Translations under genes and position numbers: made by a program
Shown: positions 47,944 to 59,788 of the stretch, one piece after another
How the letters are laid out: every line of letters begins with the position of its first letter
How positions within the stretch are numbered: the stretch's first letter is position 1
Assembly (NCBI GenBank): GCA_964252035.1
Contig: OZ176203.1
DNA: 64,000 nt
Strand: one strand, 5' to 3'
Source of the DNA: Podarcis erhardii
Lineage: Eukaryota
Notes under the pieces: model-generated
What the model saw: the letters and a program-made list of their open reading frames with translations, nothing else
The model's database searches: none
What the model was told of the DNA's origin: nothing

Positions 47944-50900
47944 CTCTGTGCTGATCGTGACCTCAAGCCATGGTTAGCTTGAAAACAGCAGCCTGCTTGG
48001 CACACAGCATCAAGACATAGTTTAAAGTAAACTCAATAGTTCCCATTTGTTCCTGTCCTGCTCTGGCTTTTGCCATGCCAGGAAGAAACAATGTGGACCA
48101 GTGACCATAGTTTGTTTCCTGCAAACAAACCGGAAGCAGTAAGCTAAGAACAAACCCTGGCTTCCGACAGCAGTTTATTTGGAGAGAAACAAACCATAGG
48201 CACTGGTTCAAACGTAGCTCTCTGATTTACTTCTTCCCAGAAAATTGGACACTGTTGAGCATGTGCAAAAGCACAAGGTATTATGCTACTTTTAATACTG
48301 CACATGAAGAAAGTCAGGGTCTGACCCCAGTGCTTGAAGCTGGTTTGCAAACCATAATTATGAGCAACCATGGTTAGCATTAGCCTCAGTGCCAACACAG
48401 CGCTAAACCATGATTAATTATGAAAGGGGACAAGATGAGGGGTATTTATGCATAAGCTATTGTTCTTATATTCAGTCAGGAAATTTTAGGTCTGCCCAAG
48501 ACCATTCCCACACAAAGTGATGAGTGATGGCAACTGTAAAAATAGCACTAAGTAAATTAACACCTGGAACAATCTAGCAAGTGCAATGCACTTTTAAGTA
48601 ACTCTGAATTCAATGTGGGAGAATGAAACACTTGTCTAAACCATGACCAATGAAATCAAAGGGACTTAACTTGGGTTGGCATGTGCCCAAAATGTGAAAG
48701 TAATGAAAAATTACCTAATATCCACAGCTGGCACTGCAGTGAGCGCAAACTAAAAAGTCACACTTGCCAATCTTACTGCTCCCCACTTTGCTAACCCTGA
48801 CACCTGAAATCTACCATTTAATTATGGGCTCTTCTAAAGTCAGTTACTGTACAGGGCTAATGAGTGTACTTGTATTTAGTCCTATTAACTTTGGCTCACA
48901 TTGAAGAAGAACAGATTATGATGTTTTATATTATATCTACATGCAATGGCATGCACTTTTCGTCTATTCCAGCGGCACATGCCAAGGTGAAGAAAGGTTT
49001 TTGTCTCATCAGAGTATGTTAACTAGGTTTGTATAATTAAAATAAATAAAACCAGATTTGTTTGTTTTTTTAAAAAAAATCCACCTTCTTCCATATTTCA
49101 CCTTCTTCATATACCTTGGTAATTATGTCTATGTTATGACACAAAACGTTCAGGCTTCTAAGCAGCTTGCAGGTTTTTCAATTCCAGCTGCAAAGTACAC
49201 AATTATAAACTGAAGTTTAATTAAGTATGCATTGCTTGCAGCAGTTGTTTAATCACAGGGCCATCAAAGTGTGTTTCCAAAAATCTTCATAAACAGAATC
49301 TTTTAAAGTAAATGGTAGGTTGGCACATTCTCCAAAGAAATAAACCATGCAATGCATTAATTTTTAGCTCTTTGGAAATGTTTGCTCTCAGTCTGCAAAA
49401 ATGGCCTCAGTCCAGAAATGAATCTAATCTAAATTACCAGTTTGCTCGACCAAAACTTGACCATTTTGAAGGCAGATAAAATACAGAACTATGTGGGGCT
49501 TAAAAAAAAACAACAACTGCATTCACAGCAATCAAGTGGAAAGATCTGGGGTAAAGATATTTGGAAGACCTACACAACTTGTGACCAATCAAGCCAATAA
49601 AATCCATCATTTATACGCAGTGATCCAGGGACCCCAAGCCCTAGATCTTTTGCAGTGGAAGGCCCCAGATCTGCAGATCCTTCTGTCCTTTATTATTATT
49701 TTTTAAAGAGACAACAATAACTTTGCAAATTCAGCGGCTGGATGCACAGCAAAGTGTCCTTCTGGTGAGATCTCAGCTTCTTCCTGCAAACATCTATGCA
49801 CATCTTTTTAAGCATATGTAAGTTAAGCCTTGTGCAAATTTGCAGCCACCCACCAATGTGGATGGGACAAGTCTTTGGGAATCACAGAAGCAGGACTTGA
49901 AAGCAATAGCTTGTTGGGCTCAATGTTTGCCACCAAACATTTTCAGCACAAACATTGTGCTTTCAAGTGGACTGAAATATGCTCTGCCTTGTTATATTGC
50001 CATTATAGGTGTCTATTTATATTAACTGTGAATAGAATCATGCAGCAGTCTTTACTCTTTGGTAAGTCACAGTGCCTTAAAGATGGCTTGGTTTTTTCTT
50101 TAATTGAAATTCAGCTCCACATTAAAACAATCTTGTGGATTTTAATAGAGCTGGAGGACCATCAGATATTTCTGGAACCAATGGGCGGAATTCCATATTG
50201 CGCTCTTCCAAATGTTCCACCTGCACAAGCATTCCATATTGCCAGACAGAATGATTCCCTTTCTCCTTCCTGTACTGTTTTGGGGGTTCTCCCTGGGACG
50301 GGGGGGGGGGGGGCTCCAGCCAATTTAGGGAACATGGGAGGCATGTGGGAGAAGGAAGGAAATCTCCATTGCACAAGCAGAAGTCCTTGCACAGGACTTC
50401 CAATGATAGGACTGGTTAAGTGAATCCTACTCGTTCTGTTTCATATTTTGTTCATTCGTTTCATAAAATTTATATAAAGAAACCCACGTCAAAGCCGTTC
50501 ACAACTATCAGAAGTTCACGTCCATTCACAGTTATGCCTTGTAGGAACTACTGTAGCTGCAGACATCCCTAAAGTTTTGCCATTTTAATCTTCTAAATGT
50601 TGTGCAGCGATATTCCTTAAACAAATAATTTTATCTGAACTGGTAGTTTCAACGATGGAAATAACATTTTATTTAACGCCATTTTACCCTGTTCCTCAGC
50701 CTGAAAGACCCCCCAGAGCATCTTATGTCAGATCAATAAAAACAGGACAGTCTGGACAGAACTCCTGAAAGGCATAACACAAAATGGTGGAGGAGGGAAG
50801 AGGAAAACAAACAACTTCAGTCACAAATTCTTAGAGATTGGTTAGTGTCAGAGCAGCACAGTGGAAACACCGGGAGATAGTTGTCTGTTACCCAGAGTAG

Positions 50901-50999
50901 ACTTGTTGAAACTAATAACCATGACTATTGTAGGCCCATTAGTTTCAATAGATTTATTCTGAGTACAACACAGCTCCACCTCCAGCTTCAAATTTCCAT

Positions 51000-51140
51000 T
51001 CAGCCACAAAGCTCACCTTGGGCCAGTCACTATTTCTCAGACCCACCAACCTCACAGGTTTGTTGTGAGGATAAAATGGAGGTGGGGAGAACCACGTGTG
51101 CTTGGAGGGAAGATGGAACATAAATGTAGTAAGTAAATAA
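51000..51140 (+). mobile_element. MIR/CORE-type SINE fragment
   Basis: ACCTTGGGCCAGTCACTATTTCTCAG...CCTCACAGGTTTGTTGTGAGGATAAAATGG. Confidence 0.7.
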
Positions 51141-52158
51141 AAGTTAGATAACAGCTCCTAATAAGGCCAGCTGGGAAGGAAAGAATTCAGAGATGAGGAG
51201 GAGCCAAATGGAGGTGGTCTCTCAACAGAGCAGACGCAGTAATCCAGCTCCCATCTCTCCTTCTGTTCAGCCTGAGGGAACCGCTTTTCCTTGAAAGGAG
51301 ACTATGCTTAAGACTATGCTGGAACATCTGGTACTGCAGGGAAGAGAATGTTCTTGCTGTGGAAAAACCCACCCAATCAGATTATCTCCGGACAATGGGT
51401 TTTTTTGTGATCCACTATCTCTTCTGACAATTGGCTGAAAAGTAGCACAACTCTTTGCAGCCACCATCTAAATACACATTTGCATGGTGTTACTGAAGAG
51501 TTAGACTCTAAAAACAGCTTCTTCTCCTCTGTTTTCCTCACCAGCTTTTCCAGCTATGACTATTTGCCTCCACGTAATGATGCATTTTGGAGTATAAACA
51601 TATGGGACAAGTGTTGCCTACACAGATTTTGGAAATAAGACTTTATGTTCTTAATATAAGTGCCGGCTTTGTTTTGTATTATTTTGAAGTTTGTTTCATT
51701 GTTTGCTGTTGATCTTGAAAAGTTGTATAGTGATTTAGGGCTTCTAAAACACTTGACAAAATATGTATAGAAAAACTATGTAGCCCATGTATGCATTGTA
51801 ACTTGGATGCACATTCGGAGCACATTATTCCCCTCTAAGAATTCTGGGTACTGTACCTTCTGGGTACCCCTCCCAAAGCTACAATTCCCAGTACCCAGAA
51901 TTCTTTAAGGGGAAGAATGTGCTTTAAAGTTGGCACAGCCTTCGATGAGTGCTGGATTAAGAGTGGTATGGGCAGTCCCCCCCCCCCCAGAGCACCAAGC
52001 CAAAGGGACAATTGAGAAAACCCATTTGGGGGTGCTGAATTTTGGACTTGCTCAGGGCGCCATATATGCAAAGATTACCCAGGTCTGCTTCTGCATTAGA
52101 TATTAGGAACAGAGGCAGCTGTCTTAGGCTACTGCAGACTGTTTATCCATTTAGTCTA

Positions 52159-52494
52159 GGGACACGGGTGGCGCTGTGGGTTAAAGAATTCAGAAGGTCG
52201 GCGGTTCAAATCCCCGCGACGGGGTGAACTCCCATTGCTCGGTCCCTGCTCCTGCCAACCTAGCAATTCAAAAGCACGCCAAAGTACAAGTAGATAAATA
52301 GGTAGCACTCTGGTGGGAAGGTAAACGGCATTTCCGTGCACTGCTCTGGTTAACCAGAAGTGGCTCCGTCATGCTGGCCACATGACCCGGAAGCTGTACG
52401 CCGGCTCCCTCGGCCAGTAAAGCAAGATGAGTGCCGCAACCCCAGAGTCGGCCATGACTGGACCTAATGGTCAGGGGTCCCTTTACCTTTACCT
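52159..52494 (+). mobile_element. Sauria SINE (head partly deleted)
   Basis: Same body and tail as 6370-6706. No long TSD seen. Confidence 0.9.
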
Positions 52495-53592
52495 GTCTAA
52501 TGTCTACTGTGACTGACAGCAGCTCCTCTGGGCCACGGTCAGGGATAATTTGCACCACTCGCTATCTGTCCCTTTTAAATGGAAGTGACTCAGGGATTGA
52601 AGCTGCAAAACCCATTATCTATCAGGGCGGGGACGGAGGGGGGGTTCCTTCTCAGCCCCTGTGAGTGAAGGAATGAACTGGGCTTGAAATGAACTTTCTC
52701 TGGTGTTATGTGAGGGCAGAGAATCAAATCTCTCCGTTTCTTTCCTTCGCAGCCATATTGCTGCAGACTGGAGTTAGCATGACAAAAGTTAATGGCTGAA
52801 AGAAACACCCCAATTTATAAGGCAGTAAAAAAAAAGAGCTGCGCATCAAGATGCTGTAATTCACTCCTTTGAACTTTCAGGAAATGTCTTTGGTTTTAAT
52901 AGCACACCTTCAATTATATACACTCAGAGAGAGGGATTTTTTTTCATAGCAATACCCTGCCAGTTTTTTACTTTTTAACAGAAAAAGTGAACTGCATCAA
53001 AGACACTGTTCATATACTTAGTGTGGAACGTGGAGAATCATATCTGAGTATATATTAGGGTACAGACATTTTGTGAAAGTTAGCATTTATTGTACAGGCT
53101 GGCAAGGCTGTTACGGCAACAGCTCACCTCTTCAGAAGGATATGGTAGAATGTAATGCTAATGTCCAATGCTAAGATGAAGTTCTACCAGACTTGAGTGT
53201 TGAGCACAATTGTCTCCAGCTTCACTCCTTCTTCCTAATAGTAGTGATATCATCATTTATTCAGTCAGAATTGGCTGCATGATGATGTCTCTGAAGCTAA
53301 TTCAGGATGAGAGCAAGGCTCCTCTTTGCCCTCAGTGCTTGCTCTTGGTGACATCATCTGATTGGCTACATGGCGTCACTGTAAACTGGAGGAAGAGTGG
53401 AAATGAGACTAATAATACCTGGCTGAAAAGTAATGTGAGAGGATTGAGAAAGGGAGACTTGAGGGGTTTGGGCAAACACACCCACTCGGTTCCTTTTTCA
53501 TGTCAAAGTTGTTTGCTAGAGAACATTCAGCTTAACCTGGTTAATCCCTTTGGTGGCATCAAAACAGCTCAGAAGGGACTGACCAGGTTGAC

Positions 53593-53700
53593 CAGGGATG
53601 GCGAACCTATAGCTCTCCAGATGTTTTTGGACTCCTTTCCCAGTCAGCGATCAGGGATGATGGAAGTTGTAGCAACATCTGGAGGGTGAAAGGTTGAGTG
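53593..53700. mobile_element. Small palindromic hAT-like MITE
   Basis: CAGGGATGGCGAACCT...CTCCAGATGTT...AACATCTGGAG. Confidence 0.6.
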
Positions 53701-54042
53701 GTATAAGAAAACTCGCATAGAAGAATTAGGAGAATGAATGAGCAGAGTTTGGATGTATTATTAAAATATTCCCTAACAGGGGCTCCAGATGATTTACAGA
53801 TAAAATAAAAACAGCTGAAAGCATAGAGAGAGAAAAGCAATAATTTAAAAAACAATTAAACATTAATAGAATTAAATCTTTCTCTCTATATATATGTGAT
53901 ATTTTTAAAAAAATACAATCACAACAAAAACATGCACAGAACTAACTGTGCCAATGTACAATACACATGTGTTACGAGAGGCATCATCTTAGCACTAGTA
54001 TCTTGGAACAAGCTATTTCCCTGCCTGAGGTAAAAGACAATA

Positions 54043-54284
54043 CAGTGGTACCTCGGGTTACATACGCTTCAGCCTACATACACTTCAAGTTACAGACTCC
54101 GCTAACCCAGAAATAGTACCTCGGGTTAAGAACTTTGCTTCAGGATGAGAACAGAAATTGTGCTCCAGCAGTGCGGCGGCAGCAGGAGGCCTCATTAGCT
54201 AAAGTGGTGCTTCAGGTTAAGAACAGTTTCAGGTTAAGAACGGACCTCCGGAACGAATTAAGTACTTAACCCCAGGTTCCACTG
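54043..54284. mobile_element. Tc1/mariner MITE (CAGTGGTACCTCGGGTTA family)
   Basis: TIRs and TA TSDs. Homologous to 14752-14960 but longer internally. Confidence 0.9.
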
Positions 54285-55204
54285 TATATCACCCCACCAC
54301 CCTCATCCCAATTCTTTGTAGAGCAGCTAACTAGACCGGCAATTGAATCATACTTCAAAATTGGCTGCCTCTTGTACCTATGGCAGTGTGATGCACAATG
54401 CTCTAGCCTCCAGCACCTCTCTACCACACCCTGCTCAACAGTTTCTGCCACCTGAAGCAGCTGTCTCTCTGCGTGTGTCTAATGGGAATATCAACCCTGT
54501 ATATTAGATCAAATGAAGAATGCCTCTCTTAAAATAGAGCTTTTCATCTGCAGTTGTATATAGAGAAATAGAGAGATCTGCCGCCTAGTTAATTGGTGAC
54601 ACCATTTTAGACAAATGAGTTTTTTAATCTAATTGATAAATCAATTAAATGTTGCAGTACTTGTAGCTACCCATAGGGATTAAATAGAGAACAATTGTAC
54701 ACATCAAATCTGAGGAAGCTAACGTGGTTGTAGCCAGAACAGCGTTAACATAATACAGGACTGTGCCTGTATTAGGCAAGAAGGCCCACAAAAGGAAATG
54801 GATGCTTTCCCCCCTGTTCTTTTTCATCCATAACACAGTTCATTCACACACCCGCATACAATTGGCTATCGCACGTCCCTTAACAAAGACCGTAGCCAAC
54901 TCACACTTGCAGTGGACGGTTGAGTCATGCCATCCATGAAATCCTCATTTTTCTGTTATGAAAATTTATCCCGATGCAAAAGGTAGTTCATTGTCTATGC
55001 TCTGTTTTAATATGAGGAAATGCAGGATGTGGGGGTGGATGTGACTCTTATAAGACTCCAGCCATGAAGATTAAGCTAGTGAGGGTATAAACAGAGCAGA
55101 AAGCTTGCAATAAATATTAGTCTGCACAGGACCCTCTAGAGATGGATGATTTGAGCGATTGTCTGAATTCTAAGGAACATTCTAAGAGTTGTTACAAAAC
55201 AACT

Positions 55205-55696
55205 AGTTATCTCTCACTTGGACCACTGCAATGTGCTCTATGTGGGGCTACCTTTGAAGGTGACCCGGAAACTGCAACTAATCCAGAATGCGGCAGCTAG
55301 ACTGGTGACTGGGAGCAGCCGCCAAGACCACTTAACACTGATCTTGAAAGACCTACATTGGCTCCCAGTACGTTTCCGAGCACAATTCAAAGTGTTGGTG
55401 CTGACCTTTAAAGCCCTAAACCACTTTGGCCCAGTATACCTGAAGGAGCATCTCCACCCCCATCGTTCAGCCCGGACACTGAGGTCCAGCTCCGAGGGCC
55501 TTCTGGCGGTTCCCTCACTGCAAGATGTGAGGTTACAGGGAAACAGGCACCCTGTGAAACGCCCTCCCATCAGATGTCAAGGAAATAAACAACTATCTGA
55601 GTTTTAGAAGACATCTGAAGGCAGCCCTTTTTGGGGAAGTTTTTAATGTTTGATGTTTTATTGTATTTTTAATATTTTGTAGGAGCCGCCCAGAGT
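55205..55696 (+). mobile_element. L2 LINE 3' portion
   Basis: DHCNVLYVGLPLKVTRKLQLIQNAAARLVTGSSRQDHLTLILKDLHWLPVRFRAQFKVLVLTFKALN. Confidence 0.92.
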
Positions 55697-57189
55697 TGAT
55701 GTTGTTTTATTTTGGTGTTTTATGGGCACCATTTATATGCCCCAAATAGTGTGCTGCCTAGCCCCCCAATAACACATGCTTCTTTGTGATGAGGCGACCT
55801 TATTACTTCTGAAATCTCCCTTTGCGGAATCTATTTCATTACAATGTCTGCAAAAGTGTGCCTCCCTCCTTCTGTTTATTTTATTCCAACAGCAATAATG
55901 TGCTCCACACAAACATTGCTGCTTGTTTCTTTATTGTTTGTTTTGTTGGTATGTTGTTGCTTTTGAAAACTTAATAAACATATTTTTAAAACAAGATGCT
56001 TTGTTCAAAAATGGCACCCATCTACTCCGCCCCCCTCACCTGTGTCCACTTTTATCCGTTTTTATCTTCTCAGGATTCTGCTCCCTCATTCCGCTTGATG
56101 TGTCGACCAGACAAACTAAATCCACTGACTTCAAGACAGTATGAAAGCTGTTTGTTTGGTGTGTGTCTAGTGTCATTTGCACATTCAAATCGTCACTTGA
56201 TGTTGCAGCCATTCTGAGGTGACCTTCCATGCAAAGACCTCACCTGTTTAAACGAAGAACATGTATATTCATGTGCTATAGATGTGCCGTGTGCCATTCA
56301 TCTGGGAGTGGCAGTAAAAGCTACAGAAATTAAAGCTGTCTTCACAATGCTTTTTTTAAAATAATAATAATAATAATCACCGTTTTCAATTCATCACATT
56401 TTGGATAGAAACATGAAGCATGCAGAAAGATTTACTCTTCTGTTATCTTATCTTATCATGACCATAACAGACATGTACATTCCACCACTGTCTTCCACTC
56501 CTGTGTCCTCTCCCATGTCAAGGAATCAAAAAGCCTTTTTCTGAGGAAACATTTACCTCATAAGATATAACGCAAGTAGGTCCAATACTATCACCGTACC
56601 TATGAAGAATGCAAATGCTATTATTTGTTGACAGAGAAGTTAGCAACCAGTTTGCAGCTCCCAAGAAGTTGGAGGGAGTAGAGAAGGGAGGGAAGATAGC
56701 TAGATTCCTTGTTCCTTAGCTGGATTTCCAAATATGTACTTGATGATCCTTTGAACAAGATGGTGCTCCTGACGGAATACAAGGTGGTCAAGTGGGTTAA
56801 TGATCTATGGGCAATATGCCTACTCCCAAATTCAATACTGCTGCGCTAAATGTTTGCTTTATTTCTATCCCAAGATCAACTGCTGAAGAGTTGAGCAAAA
56901 AGGGTTGCTTTAAAGTTTCTGCAGATACTATAGCAGGAGAACTTAAAGACCAGAATTAGATTGCAGCAAAATATTTGTCAATTACTAGTGTACCCTGTCA
57001 CAAAATGTTGCAGTACATCTTCACCCGGGCTCCTAACAGGAATATTCTGATTCAGGGTTCCAATGAGCCAGCCCACTCACAGGTCTTTATAATATCAGTG
57101 GAAACAGTTGGTCCTGGAGAGTATTAACTGCTTTCAATTTTAATCTGAGGGTTGTCATTTGTTCAGTTCTAATTTTAATTTTAATTTAT

Positions 57190-57336
57190 TTGAATTAATT
57201 TTGGGATGCATTTTAATCGATTGATTGCTTGTTTTTATGCATTTTGTATTATTTATATGATGTTAGCTGCTCTGAGCCCGGCTCCGGCCAGGGAGGACGG
57301 GGTACAAATAAAATTATTTATTTATTTATTTATTTA

Positions 57337-57387
<51 letters not shown>
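57190..57387 (+). mobile_element. L2-type 3' tail with (TTTA)n/(TAT)n microsatellite
   Basis: GTTAGCTGCTCTGAGCCCGGCTCCGGCCAGGGAGGACGGGGTACAAATAAA followed by simple repeats. Confidence 0.7.
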
Positions 57388-57937
57388 GCTGTTAAGGGCT
57401 CAAAGCAAGTCCATTCAATCTTCTTCCTCCCCTCTTGATTTTGCATTTTTCTTCTCTGACATTATTCTGAGGTCCACTGAGCATGTTCAAAGTAAGGATG
57501 GCATGATGTCCTTTGATATGCTACAATTTTGCACTGAAATTTTACCTTGACTTTTAATGCCCTAGGGACCAATAGTACTCTGTCTTTGTCTTTTATCTGA
57601 GGTCCAGCCTAGAGCCTTTGCTTTGTTAATGGCTCATCTCCCTCTCTTTTATTCTCTTAATGGCTCCTTACCCAGGCGATTTCCTTACGAGGAAGCTAAC
57701 CTGGCTTATATTTTAACACTTGCTGAATCCAGGGGTTAAAAGGTCTGGCCCCCACAAACTCACAACACAGGGGAGTCTGGTACCCACAAGCTCATAACAA
57801 TACACTTTCCAGATAGATGAGATTGTCCGTGGCTCAACACTGAGAATGCACTCGATAGGAAACCTCTGGGTGCATTGATAGTCCATATAATTACAGGACT
57901 GAAGAACTGGAATTCCTGACCTGAAGATTCCCCAAGA

Positions 57938-57990
57938 ATCCCTAGAAGATTAGGTCATATTGCATCCCTAGAAGATTAGGTCATATTGCA
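57938..57990. repeat. Exact 26-bp tandem duplication
   Basis: ATCCCTAGAAGATTAGGTCATATTGC x2. Confidence 0.95.
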
Positions 57991-59702
57991 GGCTGGGGCC
58001 AGGTTATACAACAGGCCACAAATCAAGAGCAGGTGGGATTGAAGAGTACTATGCTAGAGGTGTTTGTAAGACTAGTCATTGCTTAACACAAAACATGCTG
58101 TGGAAGCTCAAGCAACCCAGCCAGATTGTACTCCATAAGAAAGGGAGGGGATGGGCATGACACTCACTAGCCAATCTGTTCTGAGGAGAAATTTCTTGCC
58201 ATCCACATACACAAACAAAAAACCATGGGGAATCACTTTGATTCTGAACATGAAAGCAAGAGGTGCTCCCCTCCTCTTCATTTCAGGGAAAATATAGTAT
58301 TAGCATTTTTAATTACTACTATCCAATATCCCACTTGAGTTACCTCAAAGGAGGAGGATTCCCCCCGCCTTCCCTTCGCCAATCTATTAGTCAGTCAGGC
58401 ATAAGATGAAAAGTCTCCATGCAGTATACTTCATAAGTGTTAACTCACTCTGTTTCAAAGTGAGTGAGTTCCTTTACTCCAGTGGCTCTAGGGGAATGTT
58501 CTAGAATTTCACTTCTCTGGCGGTGAGAAATGTTCTGATCGTTACCCTAGACTTACTAAATGGCAGCTCCGGCTCATTTATTCTGATACTGATGCTCCCT
58601 TTTAACTCTTAAAAGAAAATCCCTTTCCTTGTTGCTCACTTAATTTTTCCATATTTAGTTCAAGAGCTAAATGTTCAAGTTTACAAAGTGGTTTCTAACT
58701 TTCCAGGTTCTTTAATGTGCAAGAAAAGTTCCACCGAGAAAAAACAAACTTCAAAATCCATAGCTGGTTTTGAAAAATGGTTGCTCCCAATTTTTGAAAA
58801 CATGAAGCCTGGCTGTGACTCAGGACAGGCAAGCAAGACTGTCTTCAAAGTGTCTAAGCAGCATGCTTCAAAATCTATAGATGGGAGAGAAATTAGATTT
58901 GCAACCTGCCTAATTCACACTTCCCAAAATGAAATACTGTACAGCTGTTCTGCAAAATGTGTACTTCTCTGAGTTCTGTGATGCAATTTTCAAACCATAA
59001 CACAAGTACACAAAGTTTATTAGAGGAAGGTGTACATAAGAATGCATATATTAGTAAAATTAACATTTAAAAAAAGGAATTGTGTTGAAGATAGTTGGTT
59101 GCAAAAATATATCTGATAGGCAAAATTCATACAAAAATATGGAGAAACACTGACAGGAAAACACTGGTGGATTTTCATTAGAACTTTTTAAAAAGAAATT
59201 CACAAACTTATGCAGAGGTGAGGCAAACTGAAATTAAAGTTGGAGAAACCAAGAAACCAATATGGACAGATTCACCCACCCTGCTAGAACGCCCTGTGAG
59301 TTTTTCAAATACTCCTTAGATGTATCTCTTGAACTGAATACTACTTCGTGAGTCCAGGGTATGCAATTGCCAGGATTGCCAACGCATCAGAGAGAGAATT
59401 GAAATGCACTGGGCCAGTTGGTAGTGGAAGATTGCACTCTTTCAAAACAACAACAACAACCATCGCTACCACCATTGGCCACCTTATCTTAAATTCAGCT
59501 AAGACACCACCACCCCTGACCAGACAGTGATGTTTGCCTCTGCAAAATCTTGAGGGGCTTTTGCTTTCCTGCACACAAACACTCCGGATGTGAAAAGGTC
59601 TGTGTGCCAAAAGGTTTAGCACAGCTTGGGTTGGTTGGACTGTTGGCGTGGTTTGTGCTGGCCCAAAAGCTTAGCTCTGGGCCAAAGGAGGGAGGGATCC
59701 AC

Positions 59703-59788
59703 TAAAGTGGCATTGGATAGTAGAGTTAACTCTGGAAACAAAGCATAAAGTGGCATTGGATAGTAGAGTTAACTCTGGAAACAAAGCA
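59703..59788. repeat. Exact 43-bp tandem duplication
   Basis: TAAAGTGGCATTGGATAGTAGAGTTAACTCTGGAAACAAAGCA x2. Confidence 0.95.

Noticed and set aside
49830-50423. Longest non-TE ORF (197 aa)
   Set aside because: It starts at a non-ATG codon, has no recognisable domain, and runs through a poly-G tract and a strong splice donor. It is consistent with a chance ORF.
53279-53361. C/D snoRNA-like pattern (ATGATGA...CTGA, 83 nt)
   Set aside because: No terminal stem, and the D'-like box is only about 5 nt after box C, leaving no guide region. Probably chance.
53210-53689. 159-aa ORF
   Set aside because: No recognisable motifs, and it ends inside a palindromic MITE.
2528-59788. Direct repeats as a CRISPR-like array
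   Set aside because: The repeats are adjacent two-copy duplications without spacers, in a eukaryotic context with no cas genes.
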